A DNA stretch of 64,000 nucleotides. Origin: Candidatus Nealsonbacteria bacterium DGGOD1a. Its GTDB lineage: Bacteria; Patescibacteriota; Minisyncoccia; Minisyncoccales; UBA5738. Of the stretch, positions 45,288 through 55,211 are shown piece by piece; position 1 is the first letter of the stretch, and every line of letters begins with the position of its first letter. The translations under genes were made by a program, and so were the position numbers. Location: the NCBI GenBank assembly GCA_022530585.1, contig CP092821.1, forward strand, positions 70,222-134,221, given 5' to 3'. The notes under the pieces are model-generated. The model ran no database searches. It worked only from the letters and a program-made list of their open reading frames with translations, and was not told the DNA's origin.

Positions 45288-46223
45288 ATGAATAAAATTA
45301 TTGTTACAAAATTACCCAAATCAAAAGTTGAAATCGCGGTTGAAGTTCCCGCCGAAGAATTCGCGATATTTTTCGATAAAGCTTTGGCTGAAATCGCCAA
45401 AGAGGCGGAGATCAGCGGTTTTCGGAAGGGCGCCGCGCCCAAGGAAATGGTGAAGAACAGAACGGGGGCGGCGAAAATTATGGATCGCGCCGCGAGTTTG
45501 GCCATCGAGGCGACTTTCCCGGCGGCGATTATTGAAAACAAACTGGAACCGCTGGGTTATCCGGAGGTCAGTATCACCAAATTGGCCGAGGGCAATCCTT
45601 TGGAATACAAAGCGGTTGTCGCGGTTTATCCGCACGCCGAATTGCCCGATTACAAACAGATTGCCGCGGGATTCAAATTGGAAGAAGTCAAAGTGACCGA
45701 TGAGGACATCAAAAGGTTGAAATCGGAGAAAGAGCGGCATTTGCGCGAGCATTTGCGCGAGGATGCGCTTGAGGCGGTGGCGCAAAAAACCGCGATTGAG
45801 ATTCCCGATATTTTGATTGAACGGGAAACCGAAAAGATGATGCGCCAGCTCAAAGAAAAAACGCCCCAAGTGCTGAATATGAGTTTTGACGAATACTTGA
45901 AAAAATTGGGCAAGACCGAAGACCAGCTGCGGGAAGGTATTGCCAAAGACAATGAGCGGAAAATAAAAAATTATCTGATTTTGCAGGAAATCTCCAAGCG
46001 CGAGAATATCGCGGCCAGCGACGGGGAAGTGGAGTCCGCGGTGGTTAAGGCTCTGGCCGACGAAGCCGCTTCCGCCGAGCCGGGAACCGCGGCGCGAAAG
46101 GAAGGGAACGGCGATGAAGACGCCAAGCCGGTTGTTGACGAGCAAATCAGGGAATATTATCGCGAAAACATCAAGACCGAGAAAACTTTCCAGTTTCTTG
46201 AAAGCAATTTCAAGAAATCCTAA
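45288..46223 (+). CDS. tig: Trigger factor lacking the central PPIase domain
   Basis: N-terminal ribosome-binding domain (GFRKGAAPKEMV = GFRxGxxP motif) joined directly to the C-terminal helical arm domain. About 311 aa. Confidence 0.75.
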   Translation: MNKIIVTKLPKSKVEIAVEVPAEEFAIFFDKALAEIAKEAEISGFRKGAAPKEMVKNRTGAAKIMDRAASLAIEATFPAAIIENKLEPLGYPEVSITKLAEGNPLEYKAVVAVYPHAELPDYKQIAAGFKLEEVKVTDEDIKRLKSEKERHLREHLREDALEAVAQKTAIEIPDILIERETEKMMRQLKEKTPQVLNMSFDEYLKKLGKTEDQLREGIAKDNERKIKNYLILQEISKRENIAASDGEVESAVVKALADEAASAEPGTAARKEGNGDEDAKPVVDEQIREYYRENIKTEKTFQFLESNFKKS

Positions 46224-46224
46224 T

Positions 46225-46338
46225 TAAAAATGTAAAAATCAAAAATCAAAATGACAATGTAAAATGTTAAAATTATTTAACTTGGCATTTTACAATTTTT
46301 AATTGTCATTTTCCATTTTGATTTTTCATTTTTACATT
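46225..46338. repeat. AT-rich palindromic intergenic repeat (tig/clpP spacer)
   Basis: aaaatgtaaaaatcaaaaatcaaaatgacaatgtaaaatg ... attttacaatttttaattgtcattttccattttgatttttcatttttacatt. Confidence 0.85.
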
Positions 46339-46342
46339 AATT

Positions 46343-46927
46343 ATGAATCTCATTCCCACCGTTATTGAAAAAACCCAATATGGCGAACGGGCCTATGATA
46401 TTTACTCGCGTTTGCTCAAAGAAAGGATTGTGTTTTTGGGCGGCGCGGTTAACGATTCGGCGGCCAATTCGATTATCGCCCAATTCCTTTTTCTGGCGTC
46501 GAAAGACGAAAAAAAGGATATTCAGCTGTATATCAACAGTCCGGGCGGATCGGTGACCGCGGGGTTGGCGATTTACGACACGATGCAGTTCATCAAATGC
46601 CCGGTGGCGACGACTTGCGTGGGTATGGCCGCGTCAATGGGCGCGGTGCTGCTCGCCGCGGGCGCCAAGGGCAAGCGGTTTGCTTTGCCCAATTCCGAGA
46701 TTATGCTGCACCAGGTTGCCGGCGGCGCCGAAGGCGTGGCCGCGGATATCGAGATCAACGCCCGACAGATATTAAAAATAAAGGAAGTGCTCAACGGCAT
46801 TATCGCCCGGCACACGGGGCAAAAAATCGAAAAGATCACCAATGACACCGACCGGGATTATTATCTGACGGCCGCGGAAGCCAAGGACTACGGCATTATC
46901 GACGGAGTGATTAAAACCAAAGTATAG
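46343..46927 (+). CDS. clpP: ATP-dependent Clp protease proteolytic subunit
   Basis: [30 protein letters not shown] (catalytic Ser), IMLHQ (His), [10 protein letters not shown] (Asp). Confidence 0.95.
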   Translation: MNLIPTVIEKTQYGERAYDIYSRLLKERIVFLGGAVNDSAANSIIAQFLFLASKDEKKDIQLYINSPGGSVTAGLAIYDTMQFIKCPVATTCVGMAASMGAVLLAAGAKGKRFALPNSEIMLHQVAGGAEGVAADIEINARQILKIKEVLNGIIARHTGQKIEKITNDTDRDYYLTAAEAKDYGIIDGVIKTKV

Positions 46928-46952
46928 GGCGGAAATCATTGAATTATCAAAA

Positions 46953-46985
46953 CAAAATTCGCCCAAAAGGCGAATTTTGTTTTGC
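46953..46985 (+). terminator. Rho-independent terminator after clpP
   Basis: aaattcgcc-caaaa-ggcgaattt followed by tgttttg. Confidence 0.65.
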
Positions 46986-47086
46986 GCGGTATTGTATAGT
47001 ACTTGGCTTATTGTTTATAATTAAAAATATCAAAAACATTGAGTTTGCCGTTGGTACATAAAAAGGTCGAAATAAAATAAAAACAT

Positions 47087-48094
47087 ATGAAAATGTATTT
47101 AATTGCAACAATATGCGGGCTTTTAATGTGCGCCAGTTTGGTTTTTTTTGCAACAACCAGAGTATCGGCGCAGGCAATGACAGAGTCGCAACGGCTTCAA
47201 TTGGAATCATTGGCCGGTTTAATCAGTAAAATGCAGAAACAGGCCGTTGATCTGCAAGATTTGGTGGACAAGGCAACCGTAAGAGAAACAAGTAGTGCCA
47301 ATACGACCGCGTCTTCTGCCGCCGACGCAATTTGCGGATTGGCGGGAGAAGTGTTGAAAATGGATATTGTCGGCAGGTCGGGGATAAGCATATATACTAG
47401 CATCCGTGAATGTTGCGGGGGGTTGACCAAGCTTCCGATATATACAATAGATAATTTGGGCAATTGCAAATCCGTGGGTTCTAGCGTGGGAAATGGTTCT
47501 ATGCAGACGAAAAATCCGTTAACAGGCGAATGGATTTCCGATTCAACTAATTTCTATTGGAGCAACCGTGTTTGCGCGAAAGTTGGCGATGGAGTTTGCG
47601 GGACAGGAGAAAACAAATGTAATTCTACGGATTGTAAAACTGCGACTACCGACGCGAGAGGCAATGAAACATGCTATGTTTCGAATGGCAGGAGCTATTT
47701 GAAAGGTAGCCATGCATCTTCAAGTTTTTATTATCCGTCTGGTTTTGATAGATGTTGTATCGGCAGAAGCCAGAACAATTGTACGACATTGAGTGGCGCA
47801 TCGTCATGCAACGGAATCGCTTCCGTCAGGGGGTGCGATGTTGATTGCAAACCGATATTAAAGTGCGCCAGATTTGTTGCCAATGGTTCGGCCTGCAATA
47901 TGAATTTAGATTGCAAATCCGGAAATTGCGCCGAAGGAGTGTGTTGCAACGATACGCAATGCGGGTGGGGACCTGGTTATGGGGGGGCAACTCTGGAATG
48001 CGTTAATGTCGGAGAGCAAAGATCCAGTGATTTATTTAGCGGAACTTGTATATTTTCGGATGAATATGGAACTGGAGTTTGGGTAGCCAATTAG
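47087..48094 (+). CDS. Secreted Cys-rich protein
   Basis: Signal peptide (LIATICGLLMCASLVFFATTRVSAQA). More than 30 Cys. C-terminal CCNDTQCGWGPGYGG is related to motifs in the next gene. Confidence 0.6.
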   Translation: MKMYLIATICGLLMCASLVFFATTRVSAQAMTESQRLQLESLAGLISKMQKQAVDLQDLVDKATVRETSSANTTASSAADAICGLAGEVLKMDIVGRSGISIYTSIRECCGGLTKLPIYTIDNLGNCKSVGSSVGNGSMQTKNPLTGEWISDSTNFYWSNRVCAKVGDGVCGTGENKCNSTDCKTATTDARGNETCYVSNGRSYLKGSHASSSFYYPSGFDRCCIGRSQNNCTTLSGASSCNGIASVRGCDVDCKPILKCARFVANGSACNMNLDCKSGNCAEGVCCNDTQCGWGPGYGGATLECVNVGEQRSSDLFSGTCIFSDEYGTGVWVAN

Positions 48095-48116
48095 ATAACT
48101 TGGCAGGTGCTTTGCA

Positions 48117-48145
48117 AAAGAAAGGGTACCGCCCTTTCTTTTGTT
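48117..48145 (+). terminator. Rho-independent terminator
   Basis: aaagaaaggg-taccg-ccctttcttt then tgtt. Confidence 0.6.
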
Positions 48146-48302
48146 ATGCGGAGCTCTGTCTGCGGAGCTCTTTTCAAAAAAAGCGGATGTGTTATAATTT
48201 ATTTAGGTTAGCAAAGTTTGCGTTTAAGCGTTTTTTTAGCACAAATCCATAACCGCATCGCGTCCGCTTTAATTCGCGAAAGCGCGACGTTGTCTGACTC
48301 CA

Positions 48303-51300
48303 ATGTTTAAACCAATCACAATTAAGAAAATCTTTTTAACAGCGTTTTTCTTGGCGGTTGCGATTAGCATTTGGCAAGGACAAAATGGCATTTCCGTGTT
48401 TGCCGCTGATCCGCAGAGTTGTAGCGGTTGGGGGGATTATCGGGATGCTTGTCCATCGGGAACAAGTTGCAACAACTATGTCTGTTGCCCTCCGGGGTAT
48501 TGCGGCTGGGGTAACGGGTTTGATTTTTCACGGGCTTGCGTTGCCAACGGCCAAACAATGGGGACTCATCGAAACAAAGCGATTTGCCGTAGCGGAGATT
48601 GGAAAACGCAATTGTACGGTTATGGATGCGAGCGCGAGGGTTACGAATGTGACAGCGGTACATGTCATGACGAGGGGTGGGATTTTCATTATTGCCGTGA
48701 TTTTGAAGCCGTTGATCGGGGAGTTTCACAAAGTTGCGCCGACGGCGAAACCTGTCCCTCGGGTACGAGTTGTTATTATACGCAGCCCGGTAATCCCACA
48801 ATTTGTTGTCCGCCGGGTTATGGTGCTTATGGCGGCGGGAACTTTGCCAAGACGTGCTTGGCTGCCGGCGAGATCCGGCAAAATATCTGGGCGCAGCAAA
48901 AGTTTAACGGCAGTACTTTTGTGATGCATGACACCGGAAGCTGGGGATGCCATGTACATGGCGTCTGCCCGGCGGGAACTAGTTGCCAGTTTATTAACGA
49001 TGAATATCATTGCCTAGGTTCCGTTCCGATGCCCGCATCTTATTTCGCTAACGATAATTATATTTCTGGAATATATCCGGCGGGAACCTGCAAAAGCTGC
49101 TTGGCGCAGGGAAAAAATTGCGGCATTGTTTCGGATAGATGTGGCGGTTATATTTATTGCGGCGAGTGTGCGGCGGGATCGCAGAGTTGTGTTGATAATG
49201 TATGCACTACGGCTGGCGTGTGCGCGGGCGACAACAATGTGTCCGGCTGGGCGTGGTCGGAAAATATCGGCTGGGTAAGTTTTAACTGCGCGGATATAAA
49301 CGCAAGTACGGGCGGCGGTAGTCCCAGCCCGGAGTTAGGGTTGGTTAGAATAGATTCTATATTAGGAATTACTCAACAGGTGGCGATGTCGGATAATGGC
49401 CAGTATCAAATTGTGTCAGGGGATTGGGAGTATAAGGAAGGGGAACAAAAGTGGACATTTTACACATCCAACGATTATGGTAAAACATGGATTAGGCAGG
49501 TTGATAATGCAGGTGCTTATCTGGTTTATGGCGATGCCGCGATATCGGATGACGGCCAATTCCAGATAGTGGTTGCCGGTAGTCGAGGGGTATCTTACGG
49601 TGAAATGTATATTTCCACCGATGGCGGTGAATCTTGGTCTAAAAACGCAAGTTATAGCAATATACCATGGTCATCGGTGGCGATGTCGGGAGACGGTAAT
49701 TATTTAATCGCAACCAGTTATGATGGTTTTTATGTCTCGCTTGATCAAGGATTGACATGGTCGAATTGTATGCCTATAGGCAGTTGGTCTGGAGCGGCTT
49801 TATCAAGCAACGGCAAGTATCAAATTGTTACGGACGAGCATTTTCTTGGTTATAGATATTCTTCTGATTACAGCAGCGGGACTAAAGGTGGTTGCGGATT
49901 TGTTACCGGTGATTTTATTTTGGGACCGATAGAAGATTATATAGGAGATCGATCGGTGGCGATGTCGGATAGTGGCCAATACATTACTGTCGCGATGAAT
50001 TCATCTACGAATAATTCCGATTATCTCTATGTTTCGTCAAATAACGGAGTTAGTTTCGAGAAAAAGGGGTTGGAAATAGGGTGGGATTCTGTGGCGATGG
50101 AAGATGATGGCAAACATCAAATAGCGGTTGGCGGACCAAGCGATAGGGAGTGGGGAAGTCGGGAAATATATGATTCGTTTGATTATGGCAATACTTGGAC
50201 GAAAAGATCGGATGGCGCGATACCGTCCGGAACGAGAGTTGATGTCGCCGTATCCGCAGACGGAAGTTGTGAATTATATGCGTCAGGTAGATTATACAAA
50301 GTTGGGTGTGATGGTGCGGGCGGCGGGTCTGGGGCCGAAATATCTAACATTGATTATGGGGTGGATATTGACGAAGACACGGGTTATATGTCAGGCTATG
50401 CCTGGTCGGAGAATATCGGCTGGATATCCTTTAATGAATCGGATATCGCCGGATGTCCTTCGGGTGTTTGCAAGGCAAAAATGGCGACTGTGCCTTCCGA
50501 CGGAAAATATGCGATAACCGGCTGGGCGCGGGTTTTATCGGTGAAAAACGAGCCGGCGAATAACGGCGGCTGGGAGGGATGGATAAAGCTTGACGGAACC
50601 TATATAGATTCCGTTGGCGATTTCCATGAATTCGCGTGGTCGGATATGGTTTTGGGGTGGTTGAGTTTTAACAGCGCCGATTGCGACGGCACCAGATGTA
50701 CCGCGGTTGGATCATACAAGGTTCATGTTGATCTGCCGCCGAAAGCGAAAATAAGTTGTGGCGGAGATTGTCAAGGAGGGCTTTGCGACAGCGATCCGGT
50801 TTCGGAATGGGTGATGTACCAGCCGATCGGCTGTCCGGCCTGCCAATTTAGGGTTAAAAGCACTGAATTGTCAAGCGGAAACATAGCGTGCACGAATTGG
50901 AAATTGATAAATGCGAGCACCAATGCGGTGGAGTGGCAATCCAATGTCAGCGATCTGACTTTCCCGGTGGGCGTGCCGGTCGGACATTTTAGATTGCAGC
51001 TGACGGTGAGCGATGACAACAGTAATTCCGATTGCACCGCGGGAAGTTCTTCGACCGATACCCATTTGATATGGATAAAGCGCGAAGTTCAAGCGGGTTT
51101 TATGTGTTCGTTTGAAAGTCCGTATCCGACCGAAGATGTTCCCGAACCCGATCCGAATTGGATGGATTGCAACAGCAGCGCTTTCAAGAAATTGGCAAAA
51201 AACCAAACGGTGTATGTAACCGACGATCCGGCGAAAAGCATCCATTCGACGAAATCGGAAGGCGCGGGCAACATATCTTCGCGAAAGTGGACATTTACGA

Positions 51301-51542
51301 TTGACGGGGCGGCTTCAAGCACCATCGGCACGACCGCCAGTTTCAACGCGGGAAAAACCAATAAGATCGATCTTAAAGTGACAGATGACAATCTTCCCGG
51401 GCAGGAAGGCTTCGGGCGGCAGGGCTGCATGTCGATTTCGGCCAATGCCAAATCGTTGCCCAAATGGCAGGAAGTCAGTCCGGTGGGGATGATCTGGAAT
51501 TATTTGGTTGCCAGTATCTCAAAAGTTTTCGCCACTCTGTAG
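48303..51542 (+). CDS. Large secreted surface protein: Cys-rich repeats, WSENIGW(V/I)SFN motifs and a BNR/Asp-box beta-propeller
   Basis: Signal/anchor at the N-terminus. Three CPSGTSC...CCPPGY modules. Asp-box-like repeats SNDYGKTW, STDGGESW, SLDQGLTW, SFDYGNTW. Three W-S-E/D-x-x-G-W-x-S-F-N motifs. Confidence 0.7.
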   Translation: MFKPITIKKIFLTAFFLAVAISIWQGQNGISVFAADPQSCSGWGDYRDACPSGTSCNNYVCCPPGYCGWGNGFDFSRACVANGQTMGTHRNKAICRSGDWKTQLYGYGCEREGYECDSGTCHDEGWDFHYCRDFEAVDRGVSQSCADGETCPSGTSCYYTQPGNPTICCPPGYGAYGGGNFAKTCLAAGEIRQNIWAQQKFNGSTFVMHDTGSWGCHVHGVCPAGTSCQFINDEYHCLGSVPMPASYFANDNYISGIYPAGTCKSCLAQGKNCGIVSDRCGGYIYCGECAAGSQSCVDNVCTTAGVCAGDNNVSGWAWSENIGWVSFNCADINASTGGGSPSPELGLVRIDSILGITQQVAMSDNGQYQIVSGDWEYKEGEQKWTFYTSNDYGKTWIRQVDNAGAYLVYGDAAISDDGQFQIVVAGSRGVSYGEMYISTDGGESWSKNASYSNIPWSSVAMSGDGNYLIATSYDGFYVSLDQGLTWSNCMPIGSWSGAALSSNGKYQIVTDEHFLGYRYSSDYSSGTKGGCGFVTGDFILGPIEDYIGDRSVAMSDSGQYITVAMNSSTNNSDYLYVSSNNGVSFEKKGLEIGWDSVAMEDDGKHQIAVGGPSDREWGSREIYDSFDYGNTWTKRSDGAIPSGTRVDVAVSADGSCELYASGRLYKVGCDGAGGGSGAEISNIDYGVDIDEDTGYMSGYAWSENIGWISFNESDIAGCPSGVCKAKMATVPSDGKYAITGWARVLSVKNEPANNGGWEGWIKLDGTYIDSVGDFHEFAWSDMVLGWLSFNSADCDGTRCTAVGSYKVHVDLPPKAKISCGGDCQGGLCDSDPVSEWVMYQPIGCPACQFRVKSTELSSGNIACTNWKLINASTNAVEWQSNVSDLTFPVGVPVGHFRLQLTVSDDNSNSDCTAGSSSTDTHLIWIKREVQAGFMCSFESPYPTEDVPEPDPNWMDCNSSAFKKLAKNQTVYVTDDPAKSIHSTKSEGAGNISSRKWTFTIDGAASSTIGTTASFNAGKTNKIDLKVTDDNLPGQEGFGRQGCMSISANAKSLPKWQEVSPVGMIWNYLVASISKVFATL

Positions 51543-51671
51543 GGAAGAGAAGCGGTTTTCATTGAGCTGATTATAAATACCTCGCGAACCGATACGCGAC
51601 AACGCAAAAGATTGTCCGCGGGCAGTTTTTGATTTGAAAAAGAACGGTTGTCGGTTTGCGGCGGCAAGAAT

Positions 51672-53198
51672 ATGGATGTAATTATGATAATTGAGTTTGT
51701 GTTCGTGTTGGCAACCGGCGCCACCATCGGGTATTATTCGCGCCAGGCGCTTGCCAAGAAACGCGCCGGCACCATCGAAAAAAACATTGCCGGAAAATTG
51801 GCCAAGGCTAAAATTGAAGCGCAAAAAATTGATCAGGAAGCGCAAACAAAGGCGCAAAAACTTTTGGAAGCGTCGCGTCAGGAAATAATTTTGCGCCAGC
51901 GGGAAATCGGCAAGACCGAGACATCGATTTTGAAACGGGAAAGCGTGTTGGAGCAGAAGATTGCCGAATTCGAAGTTGAAGAAAAGGAATTCCAGGAAAA
52001 AGTTAAAAAATTAAAATCGTTAAAAGAAACGCTTGACGAATTAAACAAGCAGGCGGTGGAAAATCTTGAGCGCACGGCCGGATTGACGAAAGTTGACGCC
52101 CATAATGAGCTTTTGGATACTTTGGAAAAAGAATACGCCAAAGATTTGTTGGAAAGAACCCGCAAGCTTGAAACCGAAGGTATGGAGCCGTTCAAGAAGC
52201 GCGCCCGGGAGATTCTGGTGGGCGCGATACAGAAATTCGCGCTTTCGCAGGCGCAGGAAGTGACCACTTCGGTGGTGAGTTTGCCCAACGATGACATTAA
52301 GGGCCGGATTATCGGCAAAGAGGGGCGCAATATCAGGACTCTTGAACGATTGACCGGGGTGGAAATAATTGTCGATGAAACACCCGAAACCGTGGTGATT
52401 TCGGGATTCGACCCCACGCGCCGGCAGATTGCCAAAATTGCGTTGGAGAAATTGATCCAAGATTCGCGCATCCAGCCGGCGCGGATCGAAGAAACCGTTA
52501 AAATAGCCGAAGAAGAGATTACCACGCAAATCAAAGAAGCGGGCGAACAGGCTTGTTATGATGTCAACATTCCCGATCTTAACCCGCGGCTGGTGCAATT
52601 GCTGGGAAGATTGAAATTTCGGACCAGTTACGGCCAGAATGTTTTGCTTCATTCCGTTGAAGTTTCGCATTTGGCGGCGGCGATTGCCGCGGAAGTGGGC
52701 GCCAATGTGAAAATCGCCAAGCGGGCGGGATTGTTGCACGATATCGGCAAGTCCGTCGACCAGCAGATTGAGGGGACGCATGTCGAGATCGGCGTTAAAA
52801 TTCTTGAAAAATTCAATGTTGATCCGGCCGTGATTTCGTCGGTGAGATCGCACCATGAAGATTTTCCCTATGAAAGCATCGAAGGCGTGATCGTGCAGGC
52901 CGCCGATCAAATTTCGGGAGCGCGGCCGGGGGCGAGAAAAGATACGGTGGAAAATTATTTAAAGCGTTTGGGGGAGTTGGAAGGCATTGCCACCTCGTTT
53001 GGCGGCGTGGAGAAAGCTTGGGCGCTGCAAGCCGGCCGCGAAATTAGAGTGTTTGTCCGGCCCAAGGATGTCGATGATTGGGGCGCCAAAAAAATGGCCA
53101 AGGATATCGCCAAGCGCATTGAAGAAGAATTGCGCTATCCGGGCGAAATTAAAGTCAATGTGATCCGTGAAACCCGCGTTATCGAATACGCCAAATAA
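51672..53198 (+). CDS. rny: Ribonuclease Y
   Basis: N-terminal TM segment, coiled coil, KH domain (GRIIGKEGRNIRTLE), HD domain (LLHDIGK...HH). Confidence 0.9.
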   Translation: MDVIMIIEFVFVLATGATIGYYSRQALAKKRAGTIEKNIAGKLAKAKIEAQKIDQEAQTKAQKLLEASRQEIILRQREIGKTETSILKRESVLEQKIAEFEVEEKEFQEKVKKLKSLKETLDELNKQAVENLERTAGLTKVDAHNELLDTLEKEYAKDLLERTRKLETEGMEPFKKRAREILVGAIQKFALSQAQEVTTSVVSLPNDDIKGRIIGKEGRNIRTLERLTGVEIIVDETPETVVISGFDPTRRQIAKIALEKLIQDSRIQPARIEETVKIAEEEITTQIKEAGEQACYDVNIPDLNPRLVQLLGRLKFRTSYGQNVLLHSVEVSHLAAAIAAEVGANVKIAKRAGLLHDIGKSVDQQIEGTHVEIGVKILEKFNVDPAVISSVRSHHEDFPYESIEGVIVQAADQISGARPGARKDTVENYLKRLGELEGIATSFGGVEKAWALQAGREIRVFVRPKDVDDWGAKKMAKDIAKRIEEELRYPGEIKVNVIRETRVIEYAK

Positions 53199-53216
53199 TC
53201 GAACCGAAAGATATTC

Positions 53217-53248
53217 CAAAAGGCGGCCTCGCAAGGCCGCCTTTTATT
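53217..53248 (+). terminator. Rho-independent terminator after rny
   Basis: aaaaggcggcc-tcgca-aggccgcctttt followed by att. Confidence 0.7.
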
Positions 53249-53315
53249 AACTGCGCAACTTGAATTTTTTTATTGAGGTTGATAAAATGAAATAATTTTG
53301 CCGGTAATTTGCAAT

Positions 53316-53525
53316 ATGCGCGGAAATAAAATCATAATTATAGTCATTGGCGTTGTTTTTGCGGTTATGGCGGCAATCGGGTTTTGGGAGTATGCCGGCG
53401 GTTTTCTTGGCGGGAATGATCAAAAACCGCAATTTCAACCGTTGCCAAAAACCGAATCCGTTGAAAATGAAAACAAAAACAGCGGTTCCATCGATCTCGT
53501 CCGTCCGCCCTTCCTTGATGAATGA
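53316..53525 (+). CDS. Small membrane-anchored hypothetical protein
   Basis: MRGNKIIIIVIGVVFAVMAAIGFW TM anchor. No motif recognised. Confidence 0.4.
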   Translation: MRGNKIIIIVIGVVFAVMAAIGFWEYAGGFLGGNDQKPQFQPLPKTESVENENKNSGSIDLVRPPFLDE

Positions 53526-53547
53526 TCGAGAAATTAAATTAAAAAAT

Positions 53548-54369
53548 ATGAAAATGAAAAATTTTTACCAGTTATTTGCCACGGCCGCAGTTCTTGGTTT
53601 TTTCGCCGCAATGCCGCAGGTTTCAAACGCCCAAACCGCGACCACAACCTTTCCGGTCGATCAGGCCGGCATCGCTGCCTATGTGAAACTCGGCCAATTG
53701 AGTTTGGATAATTTCGAGAACGCGAAAAATAACCTGTTTGATTATGTGGAAAATGCCGGAAGCGCTTACCTGATTGGCGTCAAAAAATATCCGGTTAGCG
53801 ATATTGAGATTACCAACAATACGATTGATGTCCGCCTTTATCTTGGCGCCAACGGCTGGCTGGTGGCCTATCTTCCGAAAGACCAGGAGCCGAGCCGGAT
53901 CGTTAATTGGCATTCGGGCCAGCCGTTGAGCAATACGATTCTGAAGGTTGCCGTTGACGACGCGGTCCAAAAAATCGGCGCGGCCGCGGCCGGGCCCGTG
54001 AACTACTATGATTTTGTCTATCCTGGTGCCAACAAAATGACTTTTGCCCGGCAAAACCTGAGCGATACGCTCGAAGGCGCCAATTCCGATTTGTCCAAAA
54101 CAATCAGCATTTTTGTTCCCGGAACTTTGTTGCAAGCAACCTATGCCATCAAGAGTTATGCCTCGGAGTGGGTGCCGAACAACGGTCCCCGCGCAGTATT
54201 GAATTTGAACAATGAACAAGTTGCCGTTTGCAACCCCGGTTCTTTTGGATACGGAACCTATCCCGGCGCTTTGTTCGCTTCGAACGCGAACAACAGCATC
54301 GAGCTGGCGCGGGGCAGCGGCATAAGGTATGTTTCGGCAGCGACCGCGCTGATCTATAAAACAAATTAA
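53548..54369 (+). CDS. Secreted hypothetical protein
   Basis: Signal peptide MKMKNFYQLFATAAVLGFFAAMPQVSNAQ. Its last ~168 bp are duplicated downstream. Confidence 0.55.
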   Translation: MKMKNFYQLFATAAVLGFFAAMPQVSNAQTATTTFPVDQAGIAAYVKLGQLSLDNFENAKNNLFDYVENAGSAYLIGVKKYPVSDIEITNNTIDVRLYLGANGWLVAYLPKDQEPSRIVNWHSGQPLSNTILKVAVDDAVQKIGAAAAGPVNYYDFVYPGANKMTFARQNLSDTLEGANSDLSKTISIFVPGTLLQATYAIKSYASEWVPNNGPRAVLNLNNEQVAVCNPGSFGYGTYPGALFASNANNSIELARGSGIRYVSAATALIYKTN

Positions 54370-54444
54370 CCAAAAATGTCAAAGAAACAAAAAATCTGGT
54401 TTGCGGTATTTCTGGCAATGTTCGCGGTGCCGGAAGTGCTGTGG
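54202..54444 (+). repeat. 243-bp direct repeat, copy 1
   Basis: Identical by eye to 54681-54923 (offset 479 bp). It spans the 3' end of the 53548-54369 gene, the spacer, and the first 69 nt of the next gene. Confidence 0.9.
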
Positions 54445-54687
54445 GGATTGGTGAATACATTTTTGTTTAAAATGTCATTGTTCCCGCCGCTTCAATCAAA
54501 TAAGTTGAATGCTTTAATAGTTAGTATCGAATTTGTTGGTATTTTATTCGCTACCATTATTTCTTTTCTGTTTTATACCCCCCCAAATATTTTCTTAAGG
54601 GCCACGATAAGAATTGTTTTTTTGATTTTGTTGTTGTTAACTTTTTATCTTTTATTGTTTTCTTTTAATTTTAATCCGCAAATTTGA
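54376..54687 (+). CDS. Small multi-TM membrane protein (variant 1)
   Basis: The N-terminus MSKKQKIWFAVFLAMFAVPEVLW is shared with 54855-55211. The remainder differs. Confidence 0.55.
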   Translation: MSKKQKIWFAVFLAMFAVPEVLWGLVNTFLFKMSLFPPLQSNKLNALIVSIEFVGILFATIISFLFYTPPNIFLRATIRIVFLILLLLTFYLLLFSFNFNPQI

Positions 54688-54923
54688 ACAATGAACAAGT
54701 TGCCGTTTGCAACCCCGGTTCTTTTGGATACGGAACCTATCCCGGCGCTTTGTTCGCTTCGAACGCGAACAACAGCATCGAGCTGGCGCGGGGCAGCGGC
54801 ATAAGGTATGTTTCGGCAGCGACCGCGCTGATCTATAAAACAAATTAACCAAAAATGTCAAAGAAACAAAAAATCTGGTTTGCGGTATTTCTGGCAATGT
54901 TCGCGGTGCCGGAAGTGCTGTGG
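54681..54923 (+). repeat. 243-bp direct repeat, copy 2
   Basis: See 54202-54444. Confidence 0.9.
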
Positions 54924-55211
54924 AGTCCGATAGCGAATTTTTATTATGGTGTTATCCGGGACAGCAATCCTGGCAGTTATTACCACGAATTTCGTGATAA
55001 TTTTTTGACAAATGGAGATAATACAGGAAGTCTAAAACTTGTCATAGTAACTCAATTTTTAGCTTTAATGGTTGTTTTTGTTATTTTAATAAAGTCTAAA
55101 TTTAGCAATAGTGTTGCTAAAATAATTGCAATCCTATTATTAAGTCTTTTAATTTTTTGCGTTGGGTTTGTCACTTTGTTTATGATGAGTTTTAATCTCC
55201 AAATAGGTTGA
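54855..55211 (+). CDS. Small multi-TM membrane protein (variant 2)
   Basis: Same first 23 aa as 54376-54687, then a divergent sequence. Confidence 0.55.
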   Translation: MSKKQKIWFAVFLAMFAVPEVLWSPIANFYYGVIRDSNPGSYYHEFRDNFLTNGDNTGSLKLVIVTQFLALMVVFVILIKSKFSNSVAKIIAILLLSLLIFCVGFVTLFMMSFNLQIG

